49,793 nucleotides of DNA. Origin: a virus (lineage: Duplodnaviria > Caudoviricetes). The notes beneath the pieces were generated by a model that saw nothing but the letters and a program-made list of their open reading frames with translations, searched no databases and was not told where the DNA came from. Position 1 is the first letter of the stretch, and every line of letters begins with the position of its first letter. The stretch lies in the IMG/VR virus record IMGVR_UViG_3300031820_000005, positions 1 through 49,793 of that record, one strand, 5' to 3'. Shown here piece by piece: positions 7,909 to 15,751 of this stretch. The translations under genes were made by a program, and so were the position numbers.

Positions 7909-9374
7909 TGCACCCAACCCCCGAGCAAGAAACCATCGTCGACTTCGCTTGCACCCGACAAGACAACCTCATCATAACGGCCCTGGCTGGGGCAGCCAAG
8001 ACCACCACTCTTCAAATGATTTGCAAGGCCCTTCCTCCCAAGCCGATCCTATCCCTGGCCTTCAACAAGCGGATTGCCGAGGAAATGGCCAAGCGCCTGC
8101 CCGGGCACGTCAAGGCCCAGACCATGAACTCGATCGGCCATGGGGTCTGGGGAGCGGCCACTGGCAGGCGCCTCAATGTGGATCGGGACAAGATGCGATC
8201 AGCGCTCAAAGAACGCATCAACGAGGCGCCCAAGTCCGAGCGGGAGGACCTGAACGACCACTGGATCGACATCATGCAAGCCTGTAGAGAGGCCAAGATC
8301 CAGGGGTACATTCCCCCAAAGATCTCCCACGTCAACGGCCTGATCACTCGTGAGGACTTCTATGCCAGCCTTGAAGAAGAACTCCCCGCCCACATCGAAA
8401 AGCTCGTCGACCTCATCCTCACCGACTCAATCGCCCTTGCCTATTCAGGAACGATTGACTTTGACGACCAGATTTACATGCCCACACTGTTCGGAGGATC
8501 ATTTCCTCGTTATCCACTGGTCATGGTCGATGAGGCACAAGATCTTTCCCCGCTTAACCATGCAATGCTATCGAAGCTGGCACTCCAGCGCTTTATTGCC
8601 GTGGGAGATCCCTATCAGTCTATCTACGGTTTCCGCGGCGCTGTGGCCGATGGCATGGATCACCTTAAAACGACTTTTTCAATGACGGAGCTTGGCCTCA
8701 GTGTTTCATTCAGATGCCCCGAGAGGATTGTCCTCCAAGCCCGCAAGCGGGTCCCACACATGCAGTGGTTCAAATCAGGCGGCCACTTTGCAGAACTTCC
8801 CTGTTGGAACCTGCAGAGTTTTACCCCAAACCATGGAGGAACTGCTATCATCTGCCGGAACAATGCTCCTTTGTTCAAGCTTGCCTTGGAGCTTCTACGT
8901 GCTGGGAAGGGAGTACATCTGGTTGGTACTGATCTCGGCCCTAATCTCGTTAAGCTGCTCCGCAAGCTTGGGCCCGAAAGCCTGACCAATGCCCAGACCC
9001 TCCAAGCGATCGACCGATGGCAAAGCGAAAAGCTCGCCAAGTCTCGGAACCCAGGTGGCGTCATCGACCGTGCTGACTGCCTGCGTGTCTTTGCCGGATT
9101 TGGAAAATCCCTTGGCGAGGCAATCGTGTATGCTGAGCATGCCTTTGCCAGTTCAGGATCCATTCAACTTCTCTCTGGACATAAAGCTAAGGGTGGAGAA
9201 TGGGAAACTGTGTACCATCTCGATCCCTGGCGGATCCCGAGTAAGTGGGCGCATCGGGGCGAAGCGGTCACCCAAGAGCTTAACCTCGAATATGTCATCA
9301 CGACCCGGAGCAAAGACAAGCTCTTCGAGGTGAATGCCCAGGATATGGAGGCCTTTGATGTTGAGCGGGTATGA
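7908..9374 (+). CDS. UvrD/Rep-like superfamily 1 helicase
   Basis: ALAGAAKTT (Walker A), VMVDEAQD, GDPYQSIYGFRGA, SFRCP, HKAKGGEW, YVITTR. Confidence 0.92.
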   Translation: MHPTPEQETIVDFACTRQDNLIITALAGAAKTTTLQMICKALPPKPILSLAFNKRIAEEMAKRLPGHVKAQTMNSIGHGVWGAATGRRLNVDRDKMRSALKERINEAPKSEREDLNDHWIDIMQACREAKIQGYIPPKISHVNGLITREDFYASLEEELPAHIEKLVDLILTDSIALAYSGTIDFDDQIYMPTLFGGSFPRYPLVMVDEAQDLSPLNHAMLSKLALQRFIAVGDPYQSIYGFRGAVADGMDHLKTTFSMTELGLSVSFRCPERIVLQARKRVPHMQWFKSGGHFAELPCWNLQSFTPNHGGTAIICRNNAPLFKLALELLRAGKGVHLVGTDLGPNLVKLLRKLGPESLTNAQTLQAIDRWQSEKLAKSRNPGGVIDRADCLRVFAGFGKSLGEAIVYAEHAFASSGSIQLLSGHKAKGGEWETVYHLDPWRIPSKWAHRGEAVTQELNLEYVITTRSKDKLFEVNAQDMEAFDVERV

Positions 9375-9687
9375 TCTCGACACTGAGGAGTTAATGAATC
9401 AGGCCGTGGACAGCCCCAAAGGCCTTCGGGTCTGGTTCCACACCCAAGGCGATTGCAAGCAGTTCCTATGGCGGTGCTATGCCAAACGTAGACGTGATCG
9501 CGAAGACCAGTTGGAGATAAATCTAGCAGGGAGATCGGCCCGGGACCTATCCGCACAGGAGCGCCGCCTGATGTGTAAGAGCGAATACGACATCCTAACC
9601 TTTCACTACTACAAAGAGGAGGATAGATGGTGGCTTCAGATTGAAAAAGCCGACAATAACCTGGAGGGCCGAATTGAACTGCTCTGA
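9358..9687 (+). CDS. Hypothetical protein
   Basis: GGAGG RBS before ATG 9358. Confidence 0.6.
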   Translation: MLSGYDLDTEELMNQAVDSPKGLRVWFHTQGDCKQFLWRCYAKRRRDREDQLEINLAGRSARDLSAQERRLMCKSEYDILTFHYYKEEDRWWLQIEKADNNLEGRIELL

Positions 9688-9698
9688 GAGGAATTTTC

Positions 9699-9750
9699 TT
9701 CTGCTCGGACCAATTTAATTCTTGACATTCGGCCTAAAGTATGTTACGCT
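9699..9750 (+). promoter_or_regulatory. Sigma70-type promoter, diverged copy of 342-393
   Basis: TTGACA (9722-9727), 17 bp, TACGCT (9745-9750); 43/52 identity to 342-393. Confidence 0.8.
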
Positions 9751-9770
9751 GGGTAACACTGGAGAAGCTA

Positions 9771-10148
9771 ATGCTAGTCCTGCCAGAAGAGGCCATTGAT
9801 ATTACCTTCGACTGCTTCCGCCAAGGGATTTATTTCCTAATCGAAAAGGGCGAAGTAGTCTACATTGGGCGCTCCAAAAATGTTATGCATAGAGTTATGC
9901 AGCATCGACACCATTATAATCAGAAAATGCAGGGAAGCTCTGCCGAAGAGGCCAGCAGACCAGCCATAAAGTTTAGTCGGGTGGCATTTATTCATGAACC
10001 CAGTCAGAATAGAAGAATAGCCTTGGAAGCAGCTCTAATCGTAACCTACCAACCAAAATATAACCAGAAATTCCTTGGAGCTAGCCTAGAAAAATTCGAT
10101 GCGAGAGCCTTACTAGAACGCATAGGACTAGCTAGACAGGATGAGTAA
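9771..10148 (+). CDS. GIY-YIG nuclease family protein
   Basis: GIYFL...VYIGRS...R...H...LE...PKYN; AT-richer than flanks. Start placed at 9771 (GGAG RBS) because ATG 9741 lies inside the promoter. Confidence 0.85.
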   Translation: MLVLPEEAIDITFDCFRQGIYFLIEKGEVVYIGRSKNVMHRVMQHRHHYNQKMQGSSAEEASRPAIKFSRVAFIHEPSQNRRIALEAALIVTYQPKYNQKFLGASLEKFDARALLERIGLARQDE

Positions 10149-10356
10149 ATGGGAACACATCTGGCACCTAGCCCTAGCCTCTCCCCTCGGGGTAAAGGTC
10201 GTGGTCGAAGACCTCAACTACGCGAAGGCCAAGCTCTATGCGTCGCGTCCGTCGAGTAACTGGTCCATACGGGTTTCGCCAACGGAAGAGAGAACTCTCC
10301 TCTTGGTTAGAGAAGGTGAGGGCGGAGCCGGAGATTATCCCGATTATCCGCCATAG
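10141..10356 (+). CDS. Hypothetical protein
   Basis: AGGA upstream; overlaps the previous stop. Confidence 0.6.
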   Translation: MSKWEHIWHLALASPLGVKVVVEDLNYAKAKLYASRPSSNWSIRVSPTEERTLLLVREGEGGAGDYPDYPP

Positions 10357-10494
10357 GCATAATCTCCCCACCATCATCATGACCTGTGACCAATACAAGC
10401 ACGAGGTGTCGGAAAAGCTGATGAAAATGGTCGACCGGCTCGGCCCAAAGGGGCGCCAACATGTTTATGAAACCGCTGATATCCAAGGTGCCCA

Positions 10495-10824
10495 ATGGAT
10501 CAAAGAATAGTTCTTGAGCTTCACCCTGGTGACCTCGACAGGCTCGAACGCCTGTTTCCAACCAGGGCGGCCATGGAAGTCATCAGGACCCTCGTTCACG
10601 ACTACATCAAGCAAGTGGAGATCATCCGGCATGAGCGAAGAACTTCAACTGGACCAGGCGACCTGCGATCTAAGCCTACTGTTCAGCGTCGACCCCCTAA
10701 AGCTAAGCCAGCAGGGCTTGGAGCGGATCATAGCGGAGCAGAGGCGCCAAGCCCTGTTAGTGGCCCAAGGCGGAACCCCCCAAAGAGCCGGAAAGCCAAG
10801 GCTGGAGGGGGGAATCAGTCTTAA
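10495..10824 (+). CDS. Hypothetical protein, ribbon-helix-helix-like N-terminus
   Basis: RIVLELHPGDLDRLERLF...EVIRTLVHDYI; the tail overlaps the next gene. Confidence 0.45.
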   Translation: MDQRIVLELHPGDLDRLERLFPTRAAMEVIRTLVHDYIKQVEIIRHERRTSTGPGDLRSKPTVQRRPPKAKPAGLGADHSGAEAPSPVSGPRRNPPKSRKAKAGGGNQS

Positions 10825-10855
10825 GGACATTGGCTTGAAAAAACCAAAGGCCTAA
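10631..10855 (+). CDS. Hypothetical protein ending KPRLEGGISLKDIGLKKPKA
   Basis: GGAG RBS before ATG 10631. Confidence 0.6.
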   Translation: MSEELQLDQATCDLSLLFSVDPLKLSQQGLERIIAEQRRQALLVAQGGTPQRAGKPRLEGGISLKDIGLKKPKA

Positions 10856-10858
10856 TCC

Positions 10859-10993
10859 ATGGGCCGTCCTCCCTCTCCAGAGCCGTACAAGGGCTTCAAC
10901 GTTTATGTCTACGCTCGCCACCTTGCGTGGCTGGGCAACCATTGGGACGACATTGCGGGTTATGCCAAGCTAGCCTCGGAGCGCTGCACATGA
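10859..10993 (+). CDS. 44-aa protein with DUF6378-like C-terminal motif (absent from ORF track)
   Basis: HWDDIAGYAKL; ATGA overlap with the nuclease gene. Confidence 0.55.
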   Translation: MGRPPSPEPYKGFNVYVYARHLAWLGNHWDDIAGYAKLASERCT

Positions 10994-12015
10994 GCGAAGA
11001 AGCCCCTTCACCATTCCTCGAAGGCACCAACATCCAATACGCCTGGGACTCCACCTCCCTTGGCTATCTCAAGCAGTGCCCTCGCAAGTACTACTACACC
11101 ATGATCGAGGGCTGGCGTGGCAAAGGCGAGGCCGTGACCCTGAAGTGGGGCCAGGAGTATCACCACTCCCTGGAGTACTATTACAAGCTCATGGCCATGA
11201 GGGAGCCCCACACGCCCTTCACCCATGATGAGGCCTTGAGAATAGTCGTCATGGATGCCTTGCTCAGGACTTATCCTTGGCCCTTCGAGGATCGAAACTG
11301 GAGCAGGGAGAACCTGATCCGGTCAATTGTCTGGTACCTAGACGAGCACGAGCACGATGCTTGCAAGACCGTGATGCTCGCCAACGGCAAACCAGCGGTC
11401 GAACTTAGCTTTCAGATGCAGTTGGACTTTGGGCCCTCATGGAGACCAAGACCAAATGTTGCAGAGCTTGAGGCCATGCTAAATAGCGAAGAAGATGTAG
11501 CCATTACCGTCAATCCAGACGGTAGCATATCTGCTGAAGGGGTCACTGGTCAACCCTACATCCTCTGCGGTCACCTCGACCGAGTGGTTGACTTCGGCGG
11601 CCACCCCTTCGTGATGGATCATAAATCCACCAAGAGCACTGTCAGTGCTGATTTCTTCGCCCGCTTCGACCCAGACAACCAAATGTCGCTCTACACCATC
11701 GGCGGCCAAGTCATCTTCGACACCCCAATCCGAGGGGTCATCATCGACGCCGCCCAGATCGCCGTTGGCTTCACCCGGTTCACCCGCGGGTTTGTCTATC
11801 GCACCCATGGACAGCTTGAGGAATGGCTTGGGGATCTCCGCTTCTGGCTGGCCCAAGCCGAGAACATGGCCATGGCCAACTACTGGCCCATGAACGACAA
11901 GGCCTGCTTCCTTTGCAACTTCAAAAGCGTTTGCTCCAAGGACCCGTCCGTGCGCCAGAGGTTCCTTGAAGCGGATTTTAGGAGGGAGCAGTGGAATCCG
12001 CTCAAGGTTCGCTGA
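10990..12015 (+). CDS. PD-(D/E)XK Cas4/RecB-like exonuclease
   Basis: CPRKYYY...G...H...E...GHLDRVV...VMDHKST...QMSLY...CFLCNFKSVC (four-Cys Fe-S arrangement). Confidence 0.88.
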   Translation: MSEEAPSPFLEGTNIQYAWDSTSLGYLKQCPRKYYYTMIEGWRGKGEAVTLKWGQEYHHSLEYYYKLMAMREPHTPFTHDEALRIVVMDALLRTYPWPFEDRNWSRENLIRSIVWYLDEHEHDACKTVMLANGKPAVELSFQMQLDFGPSWRPRPNVAELEAMLNSEEDVAITVNPDGSISAEGVTGQPYILCGHLDRVVDFGGHPFVMDHKSTKSTVSADFFARFDPDNQMSLYTIGGQVIFDTPIRGVIIDAAQIAVGFTRFTRGFVYRTHGQLEEWLGDLRFWLAQAENMAMANYWPMNDKACFLCNFKSVCSKDPSVRQRFLEADFRREQWNPLKVR

Positions 12016-12170
12016 CCGACGACCAACTAATCGAGCGCCTTCGCCACCAAGCCTCGATCTGGTTTAAGAACGATGACATCGTTCTCCTCGAAGACTTCAT
12101 CCGGAGGTTCAACAAATGCCGTCGCTCGATCAGCTCAACGCCCGCCCCTTCACCCGAGTCCTCATCCTAG
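11991..12170 (+). CDS. Small hypothetical protein (59 aa, absent from ORF track)
   Basis: AGGAGG RBS before GTG; MESAQGSLTDDQLIERL...; fills the gap. Confidence 0.5.
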   Translation: MESAQGSLTDDQLIERLRHQASIWFKNDDIVLLEDFIRRFNKCRRSISSTPAPSPESSS

Positions 12171-13024
12171 GAGACTCTGGCTCAGGAAAAACCGGATGTC
12201 AAGCCTCCCTCGTGAAAGCCGGCTACGATCTCTTTCTCTTGGACATGGACAATGGCTGGGAACCCCTCGCGAACGCGGTTAAGGAAACTTGCCCAGAGCG
12301 CCTATCGTCGGTTCAAGTCGAGACGTTTAGGGACAAGATGCAGAGCGGGCCGTTTGGCCCGGCCTTCGAAGGCATCCCAAGCGCCTATGTCGGGGCCACC
12401 AAGCTACTTGATAAGTGGGGTGAATTTGGGCCTCCTTCTAGGTTTGGGCCTGAGCGGATTCTCTCACTGGATTCGCTCACTCATTTTTCCAATGCGGCCC
12501 TGAATTACCAATTCGCCATGAACCCATCAGCCGGCCAAAAGGGCGGGCCCGACCCACGCACCCTCTACGGCGCGGCCCAGCAAGGGATCGAAAAGATCTT
12601 CAACTGGCTGACCGCTGATTGGTTCCAAACCAACGTCATCGTCACGGCCCACATTCAGTTCACCGAAATGCTAGATGGGAAACTCCGGGGGATGCCCATC
12701 TCAGCAGGCCAGGCCCTGAGCCCAAAGATCCCCACCTACTTCAACACCATTCTCTTATGTAGAAGCGAACCTGGAGGACGCCGCTTCATCCACACTGTCG
12801 GAGACGCAATGATTGACCTGAAGTCCCCTGTGAAGTTGGAGAACAAGTACCCAATCGACACAGGGCTCGCCACCATCTTTGAGATCCTGAAAGGACAAGC
12901 CACATGCGCACCGAAGACATCGCTCGCGTCGCCCACTCCGCCGATCGTGCATACACCCAAGTTACCGGCGGGCAGCCTTCGCCCCATTGGGACTCCCTCG
13001 TTGAAGCAGATCGCCAAGCCCTGA
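12116..13024 (+). CDS. Sak4-like (AAA_24) ATPase / single-strand annealing protein
   Basis: GDSGSGKT, LLDMDNG, LSLDSLT, VIVTAH; located between exonuclease and SSB. Confidence 0.8.
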   Translation: MPSLDQLNARPFTRVLILGDSGSGKTGCQASLVKAGYDLFLLDMDNGWEPLANAVKETCPERLSSVQVETFRDKMQSGPFGPAFEGIPSAYVGATKLLDKWGEFGPPSRFGPERILSLDSLTHFSNAALNYQFAMNPSAGQKGGPDPRTLYGAAQQGIEKIFNWLTADWFQTNVIVTAHIQFTEMLDGKLRGMPISAGQALSPKIPTYFNTILLCRSEPGGRRFIHTVGDAMIDLKSPVKLENKYPIDTGLATIFEILKGQATCAPKTSLASPTPPIVHTPKLPAGSLRPIGTPSLKQIAKP

Positions 13025-13188
13025 TCGAGCAGGTGAAGGAGCTGGTCGAGAAGGGCGAAGACGCGGCCTATGACGACCATCCCAGCCACACGGACCATGT
13101 CCAGGACGTCAGGGGCCAGCTCTTCCACAACATCGTGGTGAGCTTGATGAGCCATGGGGATAAGGTGGAGGGTGAGGCCAATGGCTGA
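12904..13188 (+). CDS. Shortened phage RyR-domain-like protein
   Basis: EDIARVAHSADRAY...G...PHWD...LFHNIV; AAAGGA RBS; central GWxYG...HP core not visible. Confidence 0.5.
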   Translation: MRTEDIARVAHSADRAYTQVTGGQPSPHWDSLVEADRQALIEQVKELVEKGEDAAYDDHPSHTDHVQDVRGQLFHNIVVSLMSHGDKVEGEANG

Positions 13189-13417
13189 CTGGGACATCGG
13201 CGAAGTAGTTCGCCTACTCCTTGCGGGCCACCGAGCAGCCCGCAAGGGCTGGAATGGCAAGGACATGTATATCGAACTGCAGGTTCCTGACCAGCACTCG
13301 AAGATGACCTTGCCCTACATCTTCATGCGGACGGCCCAGGGCGACCTTGTGCCCTGGGTGGCTAGCCAGACCGACATCCTCGCTACTGACTGGGAGATCT
13401 TCCGCCGCCATGACTGA
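13181..13417 (+). CDS. tad2: DUF2829 / Tad2-like Thoeris anti-defence sponge
   Basis: AARKGWNGKDMYI...VPWVASQTDILATDW signature. Confidence 0.8.
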   Translation: MADWDIGEVVRLLLAGHRAARKGWNGKDMYIELQVPDQHSKMTLPYIFMRTAQGDLVPWVASQTDILATDWEIFRRHD

Positions 13418-13670
13418 CCACCAGCCCCTCCCAGTCCAAGGCTACACCGCCCAACCCCAAAGTGCAGTGGACACCGTCAACGTCCACAAAACACAGGAGG
13501 AACTCCTACTCAGAATGCTTGACACCTACAAAGAGGATCCCAAGCTTGATCAGCACTGGCTGGCCATCGCACGGACCCACTTTGAACACGCTTGGATGGC
13601 ACTCAACCGGGCGGTGTTCAAGCCTGAACGGATCACGCTATCCCACGACACACCTAGGAACGAACCATGA
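13410..13670 (+). CDS. acb2: Acb2-like anti-CBASS cyclic-nucleotide sponge
   Basis: VQGY...VNVHK...WLAIARTHFEHAWMALNRAVFKP parallels the Acb2 pattern GY...N..K...WLAI..T.....M...RA...P. Confidence 0.75.
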   Translation: MTDHQPLPVQGYTAQPQSAVDTVNVHKTQEELLLRMLDTYKEDPKLDQHWLAIARTHFEHAWMALNRAVFKPERITLSHDTPRNEP

Positions 13671-14143
13671 ACGACAATCCTTCCTTCGCCTCTGTTCTCG
13701 ACATGCCCGCCGACCAGATCGAGCGGCCAAAGCCCTTGCCACCTGGCACCTATCTCTGGGCCATCGAAGGCCGCCCCGAGCACACCAAGAGCAAGAACAA
13801 GGGCACCGACCAGATCAACTTCATCCTGATCTGCCTCGGGCCCGCCGAAGACGTGGACGCCAAGCTCCTGGCTGAGGCCGGCGGCTGGCAGGGCAAGAAG
13901 ATGCGCATGACCTTCTGGCCCACCGAGACCGCGGCTTATCGCCTGCAGGAGTTCATCCGGGACGATCTCCAGATGGATCTCACGGGCAAGACCCTGCGGG
14001 AGCTGCTCGACGAGACTGCAGGCATGCAGTTCGCGGGCCACGTCAAGCACGAGATGATCACCAAGGACGGCCAGGGGCGGCCCATTGCCGAGCCCTGGGT
14101 GAAGGCCGAGATCGACACCACAGCGCCCTTGAGCCGTGACTAG
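13667..14143 (+). CDS. Putative single-stranded DNA-binding protein (DUF669-like)
   Basis: PKPLPPGTY...SKNKGTDQINF...; typical partner of Sak4. Confidence 0.65.
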   Translation: MNDNPSFASVLDMPADQIERPKPLPPGTYLWAIEGRPEHTKSKNKGTDQINFILICLGPAEDVDAKLLAEAGGWQGKKMRMTFWPTETAAYRLQEFIRDDLQMDLTGKTLRELLDETAGMQFAGHVKHEMITKDGQGRPIAEPWVKAEIDTTAPLSRD

Positions 14144-15182
14144 GAAGATCTGCATAGTAGGTGAGTGCTGGGGCGCTCACGAAGAACAAGCTAGGGCTCC
14201 CTTCATGGGCCCTAGCGGTTTCTTGCTGACCCAGATGCTAAACGAAGCAGGAATAAATCGAGTAGATTGCTTCCTCACCAACGTCATCAACCAAAGGCCC
14301 CCTGACAATGACTTCACCGCTTTCTGCTGTCCTAAGAGTGAAGATCAGCTTGGATTTCCGCCTGTCTTCACCGGATGCTACCTTCGTCGAGAATTCCTTC
14401 CTGAGCTTAACCGACTCGCGAGCGAGCTTCGAAGAGAAGCTCCGAATCTTATTATCACTACTGGAAATGTCCCAACCTGGGCATTACTTGGAAGCGGAAA
14501 TATCACAAAACTTCGAGGTACCATTGCCGCCGGAACATCCGGGCCTGTGGGATCGGCCCTTGAAAGGTGCGGAATCATCCCAAAAGTTCTCCCGACGATT
14601 CACCCCGCAGCCATCATCCGCCAGTGGAAGTGGCGAGCCGTCACAGTCCTCGATTTCGCCAAGGCTCGCCGAGAGGCTGAATTCCCCGAGATCTTGAGGC
14701 CCGAGCGCCAGATTTTCATAGCCGAAACCCTGGATGATTTGGAGTGGTTCTATGACAGATACATCGACGGAGCAACTCTCATTGCTCCAGACATTGAGAC
14801 TAGTGGAGACCAGATTACGTGTATTGGCTTCGCGGTATGCCCCCAAGTGGCGTGCGTCGTGCCTTTCGTTGACAACCGACGAGCAGATCGAAGTTATTGG
14901 CCTAGTCACAAAGCTGAACTCCACGCTTGGCGATTTGTCCAAAGAGTGCTCCACCATCCTGCGAGAAAAATATTCCAAAATGGGATGTACGACATCGCCT
15001 TTCTCTGGCGAAGATACGGATTGACTGTCAGGAACCCCGGGGAAGACACAATGCTGATGCATCATGCCCTTCAGCCAGAGAGCAAGAAGGACCTGGGGTT
15101 CTTGGGGAGTGTTTATACCAATGAGCCGGCTTGGAAGATGATGAGGCAAAGGGGCAAGGCCACCATAAAGAGGGATGACTAA
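14136..15182 (+). CDS. DNA polymerase A N-terminal part: family-4 uracil-DNA glycosylase-like domain plus 3'-5' exonuclease motifs I-II
   Basis: IVGECWG..E.....PFMGPSG..L, FLTNV, TIHPAAI; then DIETSG (ExoI), QNGMYDI (ExoII), EDTML...LQPE...DLGFL. Confidence 0.85.
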   Translation: MTRKICIVGECWGAHEEQARAPFMGPSGFLLTQMLNEAGINRVDCFLTNVINQRPPDNDFTAFCCPKSEDQLGFPPVFTGCYLRREFLPELNRLASELRREAPNLIITTGNVPTWALLGSGNITKLRGTIAAGTSGPVGSALERCGIIPKVLPTIHPAAIIRQWKWRAVTVLDFAKARREAEFPEILRPERQIFIAETLDDLEWFYDRYIDGATLIAPDIETSGDQITCIGFAVCPQVACVVPFVDNRRADRSYWPSHKAELHAWRFVQRVLHHPARKIFQNGMYDIAFLWRRYGLTVRNPGEDTMLMHHALQPESKKDLGFLGSVYTNEPAWKMMRQRGKATIKRDD

Positions 15183-15751
15183 TGCACTTAGGAACCAAAA
15201 GCGTCCTCTACGGCGCCCACCAATTCGCCATCCACCCCTGGTTTGTGGCCGCAGCCTGGACCAAGCTCTATGGGTTCCCCAAAGACCCGCGCCTGTGGAT
15301 TGCATTCTTCGTACACGACCTGGGCTACATCGGTAAGCCCAACATGGACGGCCCTGAGGGTGAGCAGCACCCGTACTTGGGGGCCAAGATCATGAAGGTC
15401 TTCGGCCAGGAGTGGTACGATTTCTGCCTTTATCACTCAAGGTTCCTGGCCAAGCAGCATGATAAGCCATTCTCCCGCCTCTGTGTGGCCGACAAGCTCT
15501 CGATCTGCCTAACCCCCAGTTGGCTCTATCTCCCAGCCGTGCGCCTAACCGGCGAAGTGCAAGAATACATGAAGCACGCCTACGAAGGCAAATACGTGAC
15601 CATGAACATCCCAATAGCCAGCCAAAGGGCTTGGTTTGAGGGGGTTAAGGACTATCTCCGCCGCTGGGTTGACGAGCACAAGGATGGCCGCCAAGACACC
15701 TGGACCCCAACTGAGCGATCACCAATCAATGTCGAGGGCGTCTGGAAGTGA
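15182..15751 (+). CDS. HD-domain-like metal-dependent phosphohydrolase
   Basis: H...FVHDLGY...EQHP...LYHSR...CVADKL. Confidence 0.6.
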   Translation: MHLGTKSVLYGAHQFAIHPWFVAAAWTKLYGFPKDPRLWIAFFVHDLGYIGKPNMDGPEGEQHPYLGAKIMKVFGQEWYDFCLYHSRFLAKQHDKPFSRLCVADKLSICLTPSWLYLPAVRLTGEVQEYMKHAYEGKYVTMNIPIASQRAWFEGVKDYLRRWVDEHKDGRQDTWTPTERSPINVEGVWK

